From Nitrospirota bacterium (GTDB lineage: Bacteria; Nitrospirota; Thermodesulfovibrionia; Thermodesulfovibrionales; Dissulfurispiraceae), in NCBI GenBank assembly GCA_963710375.1, contig CAVPZX010000002.1, forward strand, positions 544,001 through 608,000: a stretch of 64,000 bases of DNA, written 5' to 3'. Positions 31,399 to 41,873 of this stretch are shown here, piece by piece (the stretch's first letter is position 1; every line of letters begins with the position of its first letter). The notes under the pieces are model-generated. The model was not told where the DNA came from. It saw only the letters and a list, made by a program, of their open reading frames with translations, and ran no database searches. Made by a program: the position numbers and the translations under genes.

Positions 31399-31908
31399 CT
31401 ATGACGGAATTGCATTTATTCTTTTTAATTCTTCAACTACCAACTCCCTGACCCTCGGGAGAACGGCTGCTACTTCATCGCTTAATTCAAGCGACCATGA
31501 CGAGGCATCCTTTGGTTGTACTCCTATTATAATGGTGTCCGGCTTTGCGCCTGTCATTTCAGCCATTTGAAGTATGTCGATAAGATTCATCTCATGAAGC
31601 GACCACTTATACTCTGTCGGGAAGAAATTTAAATCATCAGGGGAAAACCTGTATATTGACCCGGGAACATCGTTGGCACTTACAGCGTCAACAAGAATGA
31701 GATAATCTGTTTCATGAAACAGCGGGATCAACTGGTGGCTCACAGTGCCTGCATCTATCAGTTGAACATTGTCAGGAAAAGGAGTTTCACGAAGTGCATT
31801 AATCAAATGCACACCGACCCCATCATCTTTAAGCAGGAGATTCCCAACGCCCAGGACTAAAACTTTGGGGGGAGGCGGGCCTCCCCCCATTTCATTTTCA
31901 ACCGTCAT
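31399..31908 (-). CDS. Hydrogenase maturation endopeptidase (HyaD/HybD family)
   Basis: LGVGNLLLKDDGVG, IDAGT, LVDA, SLHE. Confidence 0.93.
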   Translation of the reverse strand: MTVENEMGGGPPPPKVLVLGVGNLLLKDDGVGVHLINALRETPFPDNVQLIDAGTVSHQLIPLFHETDYLILVDAVSANDVPGSIYRFSPDDLNFFPTEYKWSLHEMNLIDILQMAEMTGAKPDTIIIGVQPKDASSWSLELSDEVAAVLPRVRELVVEELKRINAIPS

Positions 31909-32549
31909 GCAGATTTCTTGACTTTATACCCCGTAAATATAGCTGTGAAGGACTTATCTTTCTTGGCAATAGAGGCAATCAGGCTCAGATAGACATGCAC
32001 AAGAATGAATAGAATGAAGATCCACATCCCAAGGTAGTGCCACATCCTTACATAGGACAAGCCTCCCATCATGTTAGTGAACCATGCGAACAGGTTTGCA
32101 CCGTGCAGGAACCCGAATGCATAGCCCCTGTAAAGAGCAGACCCCGACACCCCCATAAAAATTATCATCAGGCCCATAAAGAGATACCCCAAAGCCTGAA
32201 GTGGATTGTATCTCCCGGTGTCCTTGTAGGTGCCTTTTATGAAGAGGTAATAAGCGAGTGTATCAGGAACGCCGGCAAGGTTTTTCCCTATACCGAAATC
32301 CTTCCAGTCGGCTGAGAATCTTGAGTTAAAAGCCAGATACACTCTTACTATAAATCCCAGCACCAGCGCGTATGCCGCAAGTATATGGAAGCACCTCATC
32401 CATACATACACATAACTGTCAGGCCCCCCTTTTATGAACGGCGAATGGGTGAAGAAGCCCGTGAATATGAGTATCCCGATTGCTATAACCCTGACCCAGT
32501 GGTCGATCCTGTATGCCAGGTTCCATTCATATTTCATTTCGTTTCCCAT
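31905..32549 (-). CDS. [NiFe] hydrogenase b-type cytochrome subunit
   Basis: Four TMs with heme His residues (HW, FH, WHY, VHVY), YNPLQ motif. Confidence 0.92.
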   Translation of the reverse strand: MGNEMKYEWNLAYRIDHWVRVIAIGILIFTGFFTHSPFIKGGPDSYVYVWMRCFHILAAYALVLGFIVRVYLAFNSRFSADWKDFGIGKNLAGVPDTLAYYLFIKGTYKDTGRYNPLQALGYLFMGLMIIFMGVSGSALYRGYAFGFLHGANLFAWFTNMMGGLSYVRMWHYLGMWIFILFILVHVYLSLIASIAKKDKSFTAIFTGYKVKKSA

Positions 32550-32560
32550 GGCATCCCCCC

Positions 32561-34152
32561 TTAAGAGACCTTGAATTCCATTATGCGATTAGATTCAGGA
32601 TGGATCACATGTACCGTACATGCGAGACAGGGATCGAAAGAATGAACAACCCTCAATATTTCCAGAGGTTTATCGGCAACAGCCACTGGCGTTCCAATAA
32701 GGGCTTCCTCGATCGGGCCCCTTACGCCGTTGTCATCCCTTGGACACACATTCCACGTTGTAGGCACAACGCACTGGTAGTTCTTGATCTTTTTCCCTTG
32801 GACATCTATCCAGTGGCCCAATGCGCCCCTCGGCGCCTCCCAAAGACCGATCCCTTTTGCACTGTCAGGTATCTCGTAAGCAGTATAAACATCTGCATTG
32901 CCTTTTTTGATGTTCTCGATGATTTCGAGGCCCCACTGGGTCATGCTATCGGCAACCATCTTACACTCAAGCGCCCTTGCTGCAATCCTTCCGATCACTC
33001 CTAAAAGCACCTGGGGCTGTCCCGCATGACCGATAGCAGCCAAAGTACCGTTAATAAGCTTCTGAACTGTCGGCTGGCCGGACGCATATGCCACCAGCAT
33101 CCTTGCGAGCGCACCGACTTCCATCGGCTTATTTTTCAGTCTTGGGGCTTTGGCCCACGTATATTTCTTGTTTTCGTCATAACCCGTATATTCAGGATCT
33201 GTTTCTCCAACTGCAGGATTGAGCGGTTTGGAATCCTTATACCAACTGTGCGAGGTGTGCTCTGACACATCCTCCGGCTTTGCCTCATGGACCTTTGGAA
33301 AGTCTTCAGCAAAAATCGCGCCTCTTGGCAGCAATCTTTTCTTTGGATCATAAGACGCATCCTCGAATACTCCCCATGACAGGAAATTGGCATGACCTTT
33401 GCCGACCCCTGCATAATCCAGATAATAAGGGGCAACAGCCAGGACATCGGGAATATACACATTATCTACCCAGTCCTGGAGTCTTTCGTCCTGAAAAGGA
33501 AATCTTTCATGTCCTCAATACTCGGAACGTGAGTACATCCCCCTGGAGGGCTGGTCATTGTCATAGGCATTCTTCCGCCAAAAATAGCACTGACTTGAGA
33601 TGCCCTTGATTGCATATTGAGCGCTTCGAGATAATGTGCAACAGCAAGGAGATTGATATCAGGCGGCAGTTTGTAAGCAGGATGCCCCCAATAAGCGTTT
33701 GCAAAAGGTCCGAGCTGCTTTGATTCTACAAAGGCCTTTAATTTCTCCTGGACTCTCTTGAGAGATGTCTCCTTCGGCTGGGCCTTGAGAGCAGATACAA
33801 CATCGACATAATCAAGCGCCGTAAGGTGATAGAACCACAGTATATGGGAATGGACGAACTGGGCGCCCTCAATAATATTTCTGAGCAGTCTTCCATTTGA
33901 AGGGGGTTTCGCCTTAAAAGCGTCATCCATGCTCATGGAAGACGCATGGCCATGAGAAGTGGGACATACGCCGCAGATTCTCTGTGTCAGGTGCCATGCA
34001 TCCCGCGGGTCCCTACCCTGAAGAATAATTTCAAAGCCCCTGAAAAGTGTGCCTGAAGTCCACGCATCCTTAACCTTGCCGCCCTCAATTTCGACATCCA
34101 GCTTAAGATGCCCTTCTATCCTTGTAATAGGATCAATTGTCAGCCTTGCCAT
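32561..34152 (-). CDS. Group 1 [NiFe] hydrogenase large subunit, frameshifted near 33483
   Basis: DPITRIEGH, L1 QRICGVCPTSH, L2 SFDPCLACTVH plus cleavable tail; two track ORFs join as ...RTK-x-LQDWVDNVYIPD if one base is added. Confidence 0.9.
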
Positions 34153-35258
34153 TATTTTTCACCTCCCTCATCTTTACCCTTCAATCTTCCTGATGCCGCA
34201 GACCCCAACGCATGGACTGCTATGCCCGCCACGGTCACAATTGCCGCAGTCGCGCCAATTTTCTCTGTTGTAGCCTGGTAACCCGCCATTTTGACATCCG
34301 GCAGCCTTTTGTAGAATCCCGCAAATTTGTCAGGCCATCCCGGTTCTGCACAGCCTATGCATGGCCCTCCTGCTCCAATGCACCAGCTGACCCGGTTGTT
34401 GTATCTTACCTTCGGACATGCAGAATATGTCATTGGTCCCTTGCAGCCCATCTTAAACAGACAATATCCAAGCGCCTCTTCCTTCGATCCGAACTTCTCT
34501 ACAAACCTGCCTCCGTCGAAGTGAGACCTGCGCTCACAATTTTGATGAATCGGCTGGCCGTAAAACATTTTAGGTCTTCCTACACTATCGAGTTCAGGCA
34601 GTTTTCCGAGAAGCAGGTAATTTACGATGACCGCGGTAAGGAATTCGACGTTCACAGGACAGAGGTCGAGATTGACAAAAGGCTTGTCGATTCCTACTTT
34701 CTTAAGCGCAGCTGATACGCCGATTATCTGTGAGGGGTTTGGAGCTGCCGACGGCACACCGCCATAGGTGGCGCAGCTTCCTACTGCCAGAATCGCTACT
34801 GCTGGGCCTGCAAATTCTTTAAAAATGTCTATCATCTCCTTGCCGCCGATCGTTCCGAACCCTTTCCTGGTAGGCATACCACCTTCTATTACAAGGATGT
34901 AGCCGCCTGCTTTTCTTGAGGTATCAAGTATTTCTTCAGCTTGTTTACCTGCGGCAGCCTGAATTGTTTCATTGTAATCAAGACTAAGCACATCAAGAAC
35001 CAGGTCGGCCGCACTAGGATATGTCGCTTTGATAAGCGCTTCGGTACAGCCGGAATCAGAAGCAAAATTAAGCCATACAACAGGAGGCCGCTTTGACGCT
35101 TTTTCTATTGCCGCAGCTATCTTTGGAGTATATAGCTCCGACAAACCGAGGAGAGCTGCTGTAGCTCCGCAATACTTCAGGAAATCCCTTCTGTTGACAC
35201 CGCGAAACTCAATTGCATCCAGAAACTTCTTGGTGATTCCATCATCGTTCTCTGCCAT
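34152..35258 (-). CDS. Tat-exported [NiFe] hydrogenase small subunit with C-terminal membrane anchor
   Basis: NRRDFLK Tat motif, GSCATYGG, HQNC, CLFKMGCKGP, PCIGC. Confidence 0.94.
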   Translation of the reverse strand: MAENDDGITKKFLDAIEFRGVNRRDFLKYCGATAALLGLSELYTPKIAAAIEKASKRPPVVWLNFASDSGCTEALIKATYPSAADLVLDVLSLDYNETIQAAAGKQAEEILDTSRKAGGYILVIEGGMPTRKGFGTIGGKEMIDIFKEFAGPAVAILAVGSCATYGGVPSAAPNPSQIIGVSAALKKVGIDKPFVNLDLCPVNVEFLTAVIVNYLLLGKLPELDSVGRPKMFYGQPIHQNCERRSHFDGGRFVEKFGSKEEALGYCLFKMGCKGPMTYSACPKVRYNNRVSWCIGAGGPCIGCAEPGWPDKFAGFYKRLPDVKMAGYQATTEKIGATAAIVTVAGIAVHALGSAASGRLKGKDEGGEK

Positions 35259-35348
35259 AGTCCATCCTCCCTATTTTTGTTGGGGTTTCATAAAAAAAGC
35301 CAAGAATTCCAAATGTTCATATATTGACTGATACACTTTTGTGGCATG

Positions 35349-35378
35349 AGCATACAATATGTTAAAACATGATGTCAA
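35349..35378 (-). promoter_or_regulatory. Putative sigma-70 promoter of the hydrogenase operon
   Basis: Minus strand TTGACA-N18-TATGCT about 90 bp upstream of the small-subunit ATG. Confidence 0.5.
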
Positions 35379-35462
35379 GACCCATTTCGAACAGCAGATT
35401 TCTAAGTGATGCGTTACTATCTTGCATCCTCCGGAAATCTGAAGTATTATTGAATTGATCTC

Positions 35463-37403
35463 ATGAAAAAGAACCTTACTCATAAGATTCTGGAAGCACA
35501 CCTGGTGGAGGGTGAGTTAATACCCGGCAGCGAGATCGCCATCAAAATCGACCACACACTTCTGCAGGACGCTACCGGAACTCTCGCCATGCTGGAGTTC
35601 GAGGCCTTGGGGCTTGAGCGGGTAAAGGTTGAATTGGCAGCGCAATACGTGGACCATAATCTCCTCCAGACAGATAACAAAAATGCTGACGATCACAAGT
35701 TCCTCCAGACCGCTGCGGCCAGGTACGGCATCCATTTCAGCAAGCCGGGTAATGGCGTCTCGCACCAGGTCCACATGGAGCGCTTCGGAGTTCCCGGCAA
35801 AACGCTTTTGGGCGCTGACAGTCATACTCCGGGGGCCGCAGGCGTCTCCATGCTGGGGATTGGCGCCGGTGGTCTGGATGTGACCCTGGCCATGGCCGGC
35901 TACCCATATTATCTCCCTTGCCCCAAAGTCCTCGGGGTAAGGCTCACAGGCAAACTCCCGGACTGGGTGAGCGCCAAGGACGTGATACTCGAGATGCTCA
36001 GACGTTATGATGTGAAGGGTTGCGTGGGCAAGATCATCGAGTATTACGGACCGGGAGTCAAATCTCTTTCCGCCACGGACCGCGAAACTATAGGGAACAT
36101 GGGCACCGAGACCGGTGCAACAACATCCATATTCCCGTCCGATGATAGGACGCTGGAGTATTTGTCGGACCAGGGACGGGGAGGCAACTGGATCAGTCTT
36201 GCCGCCGATGAGGATGCGGGATACGATGAAGATGCAGAGATAGACCTTTCAAAACTCGAACCGCTCATTTCAAAGCCGTCGTCTCCAGGAAATGTGGTCA
36301 CCGTGCGCGAAGTGGCAGGCAAGAAAGTAGACCAGGTGATAGTAGGAAGCAGCGTGAACTCTTCTTTCCGGGACCTCATGGTGGCAGCAAGGATGCTCGA
36401 AGGCAGACGGGTTCATCCGGAAACAAATTTTCATGTTAATCCCGGAAGCCGTCAAGTGATCGAGAACGTTGCCCAGGCAGGCGGACTTATGGCGTTCCTC
36501 CTGTCAGGGGTGCGTTTGCATGAGCCTGGCTGCCAGGGATGCATAGGCATGGGCCAGGCGCCAGGGACCGGAGAGGTAAGCCTTCGGACCTTTCCCCGTA
36601 ATTTCCCGGGCAGGTCCGGGACCAAAGACGACAAAGTCTACCTCTGCTCTCCTGAGACGGCAACAGCGGCGGGGTTGAAAGGGGTAATCACAGACCCCAG
36701 GGATATGGCGAAAGAGATGGAATATCCGAAGATAGAAGACCCGAAAAAATATACGATCGACGAAAAATCAATCATTTTCCCGACACATGAACTTATAAAA
36801 ACAGTGGTGATAAGAGGGCCAAACATCAAGCCCCTGCCGGACCTTGAACCCCTTACTGAAATTCTTGAAGCAGAGGTGGTGCTCAAGGTGGGCGACAACA
36901 TCTCGACCGACACAATCATGCCCGCAGGCAACAAGGTGCTGCCGTTGCGTTCGAATATCCAGGCGATAAGCGAACATGTGTTCGAGCAGATCGAACCAGG
37001 TTTTGCCGCTGAGTGCAGATCGAAAGGCGTCGTAGTCGTGGTAGGGGGAGAGAATTACGGCCAGGGGTCCAGCAGAGAGCATGCAGCGTTGGCGCCGCGT
37101 TATCTCGGGGTACGCGCAAAGATCGTGAAGAGCTTTGCACGCATCCACAAGTCCAATCTCTGCAATTTCGGTATCCTTCCTCTCACCTTTAAAGACCCTA
37201 AAGACTATGACCGGTTAAGCAAGGGTGCGAATGTCGTATTCCGCGATGTTCGCACCCGTATTAAGAAAGGCGACCGGGAGATTCCGGTTGAAGTGGATGG
37301 ACAGACTGTCATCACTGTCCTGGAAGTGTCCGAACGCCAGAGGAAGCATCTGCTGGCAGGAGGGACGCTGAATTTTGTAAAAAATGAAATACGTAATAGG
37401 TGA
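35463..37403 (+). CDS. acn: Aconitate hydratase (about 650 aa type)
   Basis: QDATG, YVDHN, GADSHT, GCQGCIGMG, ISTDTI, NYGQGSSREHAA. Confidence 0.93.
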   Translation: MKKNLTHKILEAHLVEGELIPGSEIAIKIDHTLLQDATGTLAMLEFEALGLERVKVELAAQYVDHNLLQTDNKNADDHKFLQTAAARYGIHFSKPGNGVSHQVHMERFGVPGKTLLGADSHTPGAAGVSMLGIGAGGLDVTLAMAGYPYYLPCPKVLGVRLTGKLPDWVSAKDVILEMLRRYDVKGCVGKIIEYYGPGVKSLSATDRETIGNMGTETGATTSIFPSDDRTLEYLSDQGRGGNWISLAADEDAGYDEDAEIDLSKLEPLISKPSSPGNVVTVREVAGKKVDQVIVGSSVNSSFRDLMVAARMLEGRRVHPETNFHVNPGSRQVIENVAQAGGLMAFLLSGVRLHEPGCQGCIGMGQAPGTGEVSLRTFPRNFPGRSGTKDDKVYLCSPETATAAGLKGVITDPRDMAKEMEYPKIEDPKKYTIDEKSIIFPTHELIKTVVIRGPNIKPLPDLEPLTEILEAEVVLKVGDNISTDTIMPAGNKVLPLRSNIQAISEHVFEQIEPGFAAECRSKGVVVVVGGENYGQGSSREHAALAPRYLGVRAKIVKSFARIHKSNLCNFGILPLTFKDPKDYDRLSKGANVVFRDVRTRIKKGDREIPVEVDGQTVITVLEVSERQRKHLLAGGTLNFVKNEIRNR

Positions 37404-37409
37404 TGGGTA

Positions 37410-38582
37410 ATGGATAAGGTAAAGAATATTGGACTGCGCGGTGTTACGGTCGCTGACACTAAAATCAGCCACGTCGACGGTGAAAACGGAATTCTCATCT
37501 ACCGGGGCTTCCAGATCGAAGAGCTTGCCCGGAGTTCTTCATTCGAGGAAACGGCTTATCTGCTTCTATATGATGAGCTTCCAAACAAGCAACAACTGGA
37601 GGAGTTCAAGGGCAAGCTGGCCGGGGAGCGGAGCGTCCCGGCTTTCATATTTGAAACTTTCAGGCTACTGCCGGGAAAGGCCCAACCAATGGATATACTC
37701 CAGGCATCCATACCACTCCTTGCCACGGATGATCCCGGTCTGGAGTTGGAAACACGCGAAGCTAACATTGCTAAGGCCATCAGGCTCATCGCTCTTATAC
37801 CGGCTTTGGTGGCCGGCTGGGACCAGATACGTAAGGGCCTGGAGCCTATGCCTCCTGATAATGCACTGTCCCATGCAGGCAATTTTTTATGGCAGCTTAC
37901 GGGCCAGAGGCCTGATACTGAGACATCACGAGATCTCGATACAGCGCTGTTGCTCCACGCTGATCATTCGTTCAATGCATCGACGTTTGCATGCCGCGAG
38001 GTGGTGTCCACGCGGGCGCACATGTATGCAGGGGTTGCGGCAGGCGTTGGCGCACTTTCCGGTAGCCTCCACGGCGGCGCCAATGCACAAGTAATGAAGA
38101 TGCTCCTGGGACTCCGGAACGTTGAGGACATTGCCGGGTGGGTAAGGACTCAACTCGACAGCGGACAGAAGATAATGGGCATGGGCCACGCGGTTTACAA
38201 GACTATGGACCCGAGGGCCCGTTTCCTGAAGGACATGTGTTTCAGACTGGGGAAAAAGCTTGGGCAGGAGCACTGGTGCCGGCTGTCGTCCCAGATCGAG
38301 GAGAGTGCGGTGGCGGAATTCGAGAAAAGGGGCAAGACCACGATCAAACCGAATGTCAACTTTTACAGCGCCGCGGTTTACCATATGATGGGGATTCCGC
38401 TCGACCTGATGACGCCCATCTTTGCCATAGCACGGGTTGCAGGATGGACGGCGCACATCATCGAGGAGAAATTCGGAGATGCCCAGGGAAAGCCGGCTCT
38501 TTACCGGCCCTCTTCCGAGTATGTGGGCAATTACTGCGGCAAGACCGGCTGCACTTATACACCGATAGAGGAAAGGCGGTAA
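37410..38582 (+). CDS. gltA: Citrate synthase family protein
   Basis: GLRGV, HADHSFNASTF, GSLHGGAN, GMGHAVYK, DPR, PNVNFYS (Asp to Asn, see findings). Confidence 0.9.
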   Translation: MDKVKNIGLRGVTVADTKISHVDGENGILIYRGFQIEELARSSSFEETAYLLLYDELPNKQQLEEFKGKLAGERSVPAFIFETFRLLPGKAQPMDILQASIPLLATDDPGLELETREANIAKAIRLIALIPALVAGWDQIRKGLEPMPPDNALSHAGNFLWQLTGQRPDTETSRDLDTALLLHADHSFNASTFACREVVSTRAHMYAGVAAGVGALSGSLHGGANAQVMKMLLGLRNVEDIAGWVRTQLDSGQKIMGMGHAVYKTMDPRARFLKDMCFRLGKKLGQEHWCRLSSQIEESAVAEFEKRGKTTIKPNVNFYSAAVYHMMGIPLDLMTPIFAIARVAGWTAHIIEEKFGDAQGKPALYRPSSEYVGNYCGKTGCTYTPIEERR

Positions 38583-38585
38583 GAA

Positions 38586-39968
38586 ATGATACGCGGGACT
38601 AAAAGAAAGCTGCAATCAATCAATCCCTATACAGGGGAAGTAATGCGGGAATTCGGACTCGTGACCGGACAGACGATTAATAAAGAAATAGCTCTTTCGC
38701 GAAAAACATTTTCCACATGGCGCGCCACGCCTGTCTCCGAACGGTCAAGCTACGTAAAAAAGTTGGCCGTACATCTCCGGGCGGAGAAACGGACCTATGC
38801 GGAACTGATGACAAAGGAAATGGGCAAGGCCTTCAGGGAGTCGTTGGGGGAGATCGAGAAATGCGCATGGCTCTGCGACTACTACGCGGAGAATGCCCCG
38901 AAGTTCCTGGAGACCGAGCATGTCACGACAGAGGCGGTGAAGAGTTATATAAGATTTGATCCGCTGGGGATCGTGCTCGCGATCATGCCGTGGAATTTCC
39001 CTTTCTGGCAGGCGTTCCGGTTCGGCATCCCGGCGATCTGCGCCGGGAACGTAGTGGTACTGAAACACGCATCCAATGTGCCGATGTGTGCCCTTGCCAT
39101 CGAAGACTCGTTCAAGAAAGCCGGATTCCCGGACAATGTTTTCAAGACGCTGCTCATCGACGCTAAGGACGCACTCAGTCTCATCGATGGTGACAAGATC
39201 GATGCGGTATCGCTCACAGGGAGCAACAAGGCAGGAGAGGAAGTCGGCGCCCATTCCGGAGGAAAGATCAAGAAAATGGTGCTGGAGCTTGGCGGCTCTG
39301 ATCCGTTCATCGTGCTTGAGGATGCAGACATTGAAAAGGCGGGGCGGACAGCGGTCAGTGCCCGAATGCTTAACGCCGGTCAGAGCTGCATAGCTGCAAA
39401 GCGCTTCATAGTTCATGAGAAAATAGCTGCGGAATTCAGTAAACACTTCGTCGCGCGCCTCAGAGAACTGAAGATCGGCGATCCCATGGATGAGTCAACT
39501 GATATCGGCCCGGTTGCAAAGCCTGACATCCTCAACTCCCTGAAAAAGCAGCTCAGGGACGCCAAAGCAAAAGGCGCTGAAGTTATACAGTTAGAACATT
39601 CCTTAAAAAAAGGGCTCTTCTTTGCGCCCTGTGCTGTATATAAAGCAACAAAGAAGATGAAGGTCCTTACCGAAGAGGTGTTCGGACCGATTGCGACCAT
39701 TATAATTGTTAAGGATGAGGATGAGGCGGTAAACGTGGCAAACGATACAGAGTTCGGCCTAGGCGCATCCATATGGAGCAGGGACCACGATCGGGCTGAA
39801 AAACTGGCGGCGAGACTGGAAGCGGGCTGCATAGCCATAAACGATATGGTGAAGTCAGACCCGCGTCTGCCCTTCGGAGGGATAAAGAAATCCGGGTTCG
39901 GCAGAGAGCTGTCGCATTACGGGCTGAAGGAGTTCGTGAACATCAAAAGCGTGGTCGTGAGAGAGTAG
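38586..39968 (+). CDS. NAD(P)-dependent succinate-semialdehyde dehydrogenase (Sad/SsaD type)
   Basis: [47 protein letters not shown]. Confidence 0.88.
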   Translation: MIRGTKRKLQSINPYTGEVMREFGLVTGQTINKEIALSRKTFSTWRATPVSERSSYVKKLAVHLRAEKRTYAELMTKEMGKAFRESLGEIEKCAWLCDYYAENAPKFLETEHVTTEAVKSYIRFDPLGIVLAIMPWNFPFWQAFRFGIPAICAGNVVVLKHASNVPMCALAIEDSFKKAGFPDNVFKTLLIDAKDALSLIDGDKIDAVSLTGSNKAGEEVGAHSGGKIKKMVLELGGSDPFIVLEDADIEKAGRTAVSARMLNAGQSCIAAKRFIVHEKIAAEFSKHFVARLRELKIGDPMDESTDIGPVAKPDILNSLKKQLRDAKAKGAEVIQLEHSLKKGLFFAPCAVYKATKKMKVLTEEVFGPIATIIIVKDEDEAVNVANDTEFGLGASIWSRDHDRAEKLAARLEAGCIAINDMVKSDPRLPFGGIKKSGFGRELSHYGLKEFVNIKSVVVRE

Positions 39969-39970
39969 AA

Positions 39971-41602
39971 ATGAAGGCATCCGATCTCTTTGTGAAGCAA
40001 CTCGAAGAAGAAGGGGTGGAATACATATTTGGCCTGCCGGGAGAGGAAAACCTCGACTTCCTCGAATCCCTCCGGACCTCATCCATCAAAGTAATTATTA
40101 CTCGCCACGAGCAGCCGGCTGCATTCATGGCCGCGACCTATGGAAGGCTCACAGGAAAGGCAGGGGTCTGCTTCTCTACGCTTGGTCCCGGCGCATTGAA
40201 CCTCGTTACCGGTGTGGCCCACGCTCAGCTTATCGGCGCGCCGCTGGTTTCGATCTCCGGCCAGAAGGCACTCAGAGCGAACTGGCAGGCGCGGTTCCAG
40301 CTGGTCAACGTGGTCGAAGTGATGAGGCCCATTACCAAAGACTCAGTCTCCATCGTTGATCCGGACACCATCCCCACTGTTTTAAGGAATGCCTTTTCGT
40401 TGGCACAAACAGAACGGCCTGGAGCAGTACATCTGGAACTGCCGGTGGACGTTGCTGTTAGCCAAACCAACGCGCAGGTGCAGAAACGGGGATTCACGCG
40501 GAGGCCGGCGCCGGATACCAAGTGCATCACACAGGCAGCCGAACTGATTAACAAAGCTCAGTTCCCCTTGATCATTCTCTCGTCAGGGGCCAACAGGAAC
40601 CAGGTCTGCCGGCAGCTGACGCATTTCATCAATAGGACAGGCATCTACGCGATACATACACAGATGGGGAAAGGCGTTCTGAGCGATGACTCTGAATACA
40701 GCCTCTTCGCAACCGGCATTCACCGTCGTGATTACGTGAATTGCGGAATCGACAGGGCCGATGTGATCATAACGATCGGATACAATATCGTTGAATACCC
40801 GCCATATGTATGGAACAAGAACCTCGACAAGAAGATCATAAATATAGACTTCGCAGAAGCGCCGGTGGACAAATACTACAATCCCGAAATCGACATTATC
40901 GGCGATATTTCATGCGCTCTCAGGCAACTCGGGGAGATTATAACCCCCAAGGAAAACACCGGGACATTCAAGGTCGTGCGGGAATTCCTTAACCGGAAAC
41001 TCGCGCCTGATTTCAATAAACAGTATCCTTTGACACCGCAGGAGGTCGTGTTTCGTGTGCGGGAGGTCCTGTCGCACCAGGATATCCTGACACTTGACAA
41101 TGGAATCTACAAGCTGTGGTTTTCCCGCCTCTACCGTACTTACAGACCTAACACGTTCCTGCTGGATAATGCGCTGGCAACAATGGGCGCAGGACTTTCC
41201 GCCGGCATCATGGCCAAGATGCTTAAGCCCAGTCTGAACGTGCTGGCTGTCGTGGGAGACGGCGGGTTCATGATGAACGCCCAGGAGCTTGAGACCGCGC
41301 TTCGATATAGTGTACCACTCGTAGTCCTGATCCTAAACGACAATGCCTTCGGTTTCATTAAGTGGGAACAACAGGCCAAGGGATTTCCCGGCTTCGCCCT
41401 GGATTATTCCAATCCGGACTTTGTCAAGTATGCTGAAAGCTATGGGGCCGTGGGAGTGAAGGTAAAGGAGGGAGATGATCTGTCAGAACTCTTACGCAAG
41501 GCGTTTGCGCTCAAGAAACTTGTCATTATCGAATGTCCGGTCGATTATTCGGTCAACCTGGAAACCTTCTCAAAAGAACTAGCCAACATCGTCTGCGAAT
41601 AA
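39971..41602 (+). CDS. ThDP-dependent acetolactate-synthase-like enzyme, probable 2-oxoglutarate decarboxylase
   Basis: FGLPGEEN, RHEQ, TLGPGA, LDNALATMGAG, GDGG...NDN; no ALS small subunit nearby. Confidence 0.85.
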   Translation: MKASDLFVKQLEEEGVEYIFGLPGEENLDFLESLRTSSIKVIITRHEQPAAFMAATYGRLTGKAGVCFSTLGPGALNLVTGVAHAQLIGAPLVSISGQKALRANWQARFQLVNVVEVMRPITKDSVSIVDPDTIPTVLRNAFSLAQTERPGAVHLELPVDVAVSQTNAQVQKRGFTRRPAPDTKCITQAAELINKAQFPLIILSSGANRNQVCRQLTHFINRTGIYAIHTQMGKGVLSDDSEYSLFATGIHRRDYVNCGIDRADVIITIGYNIVEYPPYVWNKNLDKKIINIDFAEAPVDKYYNPEIDIIGDISCALRQLGEIITPKENTGTFKVVREFLNRKLAPDFNKQYPLTPQEVVFRVREVLSHQDILTLDNGIYKLWFSRLYRTYRPNTFLLDNALATMGAGLSAGIMAKMLKPSLNVLAVVGDGGFMMNAQELETALRYSVPLVVLILNDNAFGFIKWEQQAKGFPGFALDYSNPDFVKYAESYGAVGVKVKEGDDLSELLRKAFALKKLVIIECPVDYSVNLETFSKELANIVCE

Positions 41603-41804
41603 ATTTATACAAGGAGCAGTCAGCCCACAGTGCTTCACTCAACTGCCACCCCAAAGGTCTTCGACCTTTCGGGGACCCCGTCTTCTCGCAAGGCATCCAG
41701 CCTTGCTCCGAGGCTATGACAGCCTCTGTCACCATCCTTGGTGTCTCTTAGGCTGTCAAAGTCCGCTCAGCACCATGGCCCGCCTGCTCCTTGTATAAAT
41801 TTAT
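41599..41804. mobile_element. MITE-like element with perfect 21-bp terminal inverted repeats
   Basis: ataaatttatacaaggagcag (41599-619) / ctgctccttgtataaatttat (41784-804); several internal hairpins. Confidence 0.75.
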
Positions 41805-41820
41805 AAATAATATGGTTATC

Positions 41821-41872
41821 TTGAACAAGCAATAAGGCTTGTGATATTCTAAATGTAAATGAATTCTATTTA
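41821..41872 (+). promoter_or_regulatory. Putative promoter and Zur/Fur-type operator of zur-znuACB
   Basis: TTGAAC-N18-TATTCT with TG extension, then the imperfect palindrome taaatgtaaatgaattctattta. Confidence 0.5.
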
Positions 41873-41873
41873 T

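Noticed and set aside
32600..32645. [NiFeSe] hydrogenase
   Set aside because: The L2 motif reads DPCLAC with Cys codons; there is no in-frame UGA.
33460..33490. Genuinely split hydrogenase large subunit
   Set aside because: The halves join seamlessly with one added base and the second ORF has no RBS; an indel is the simpler explanation.
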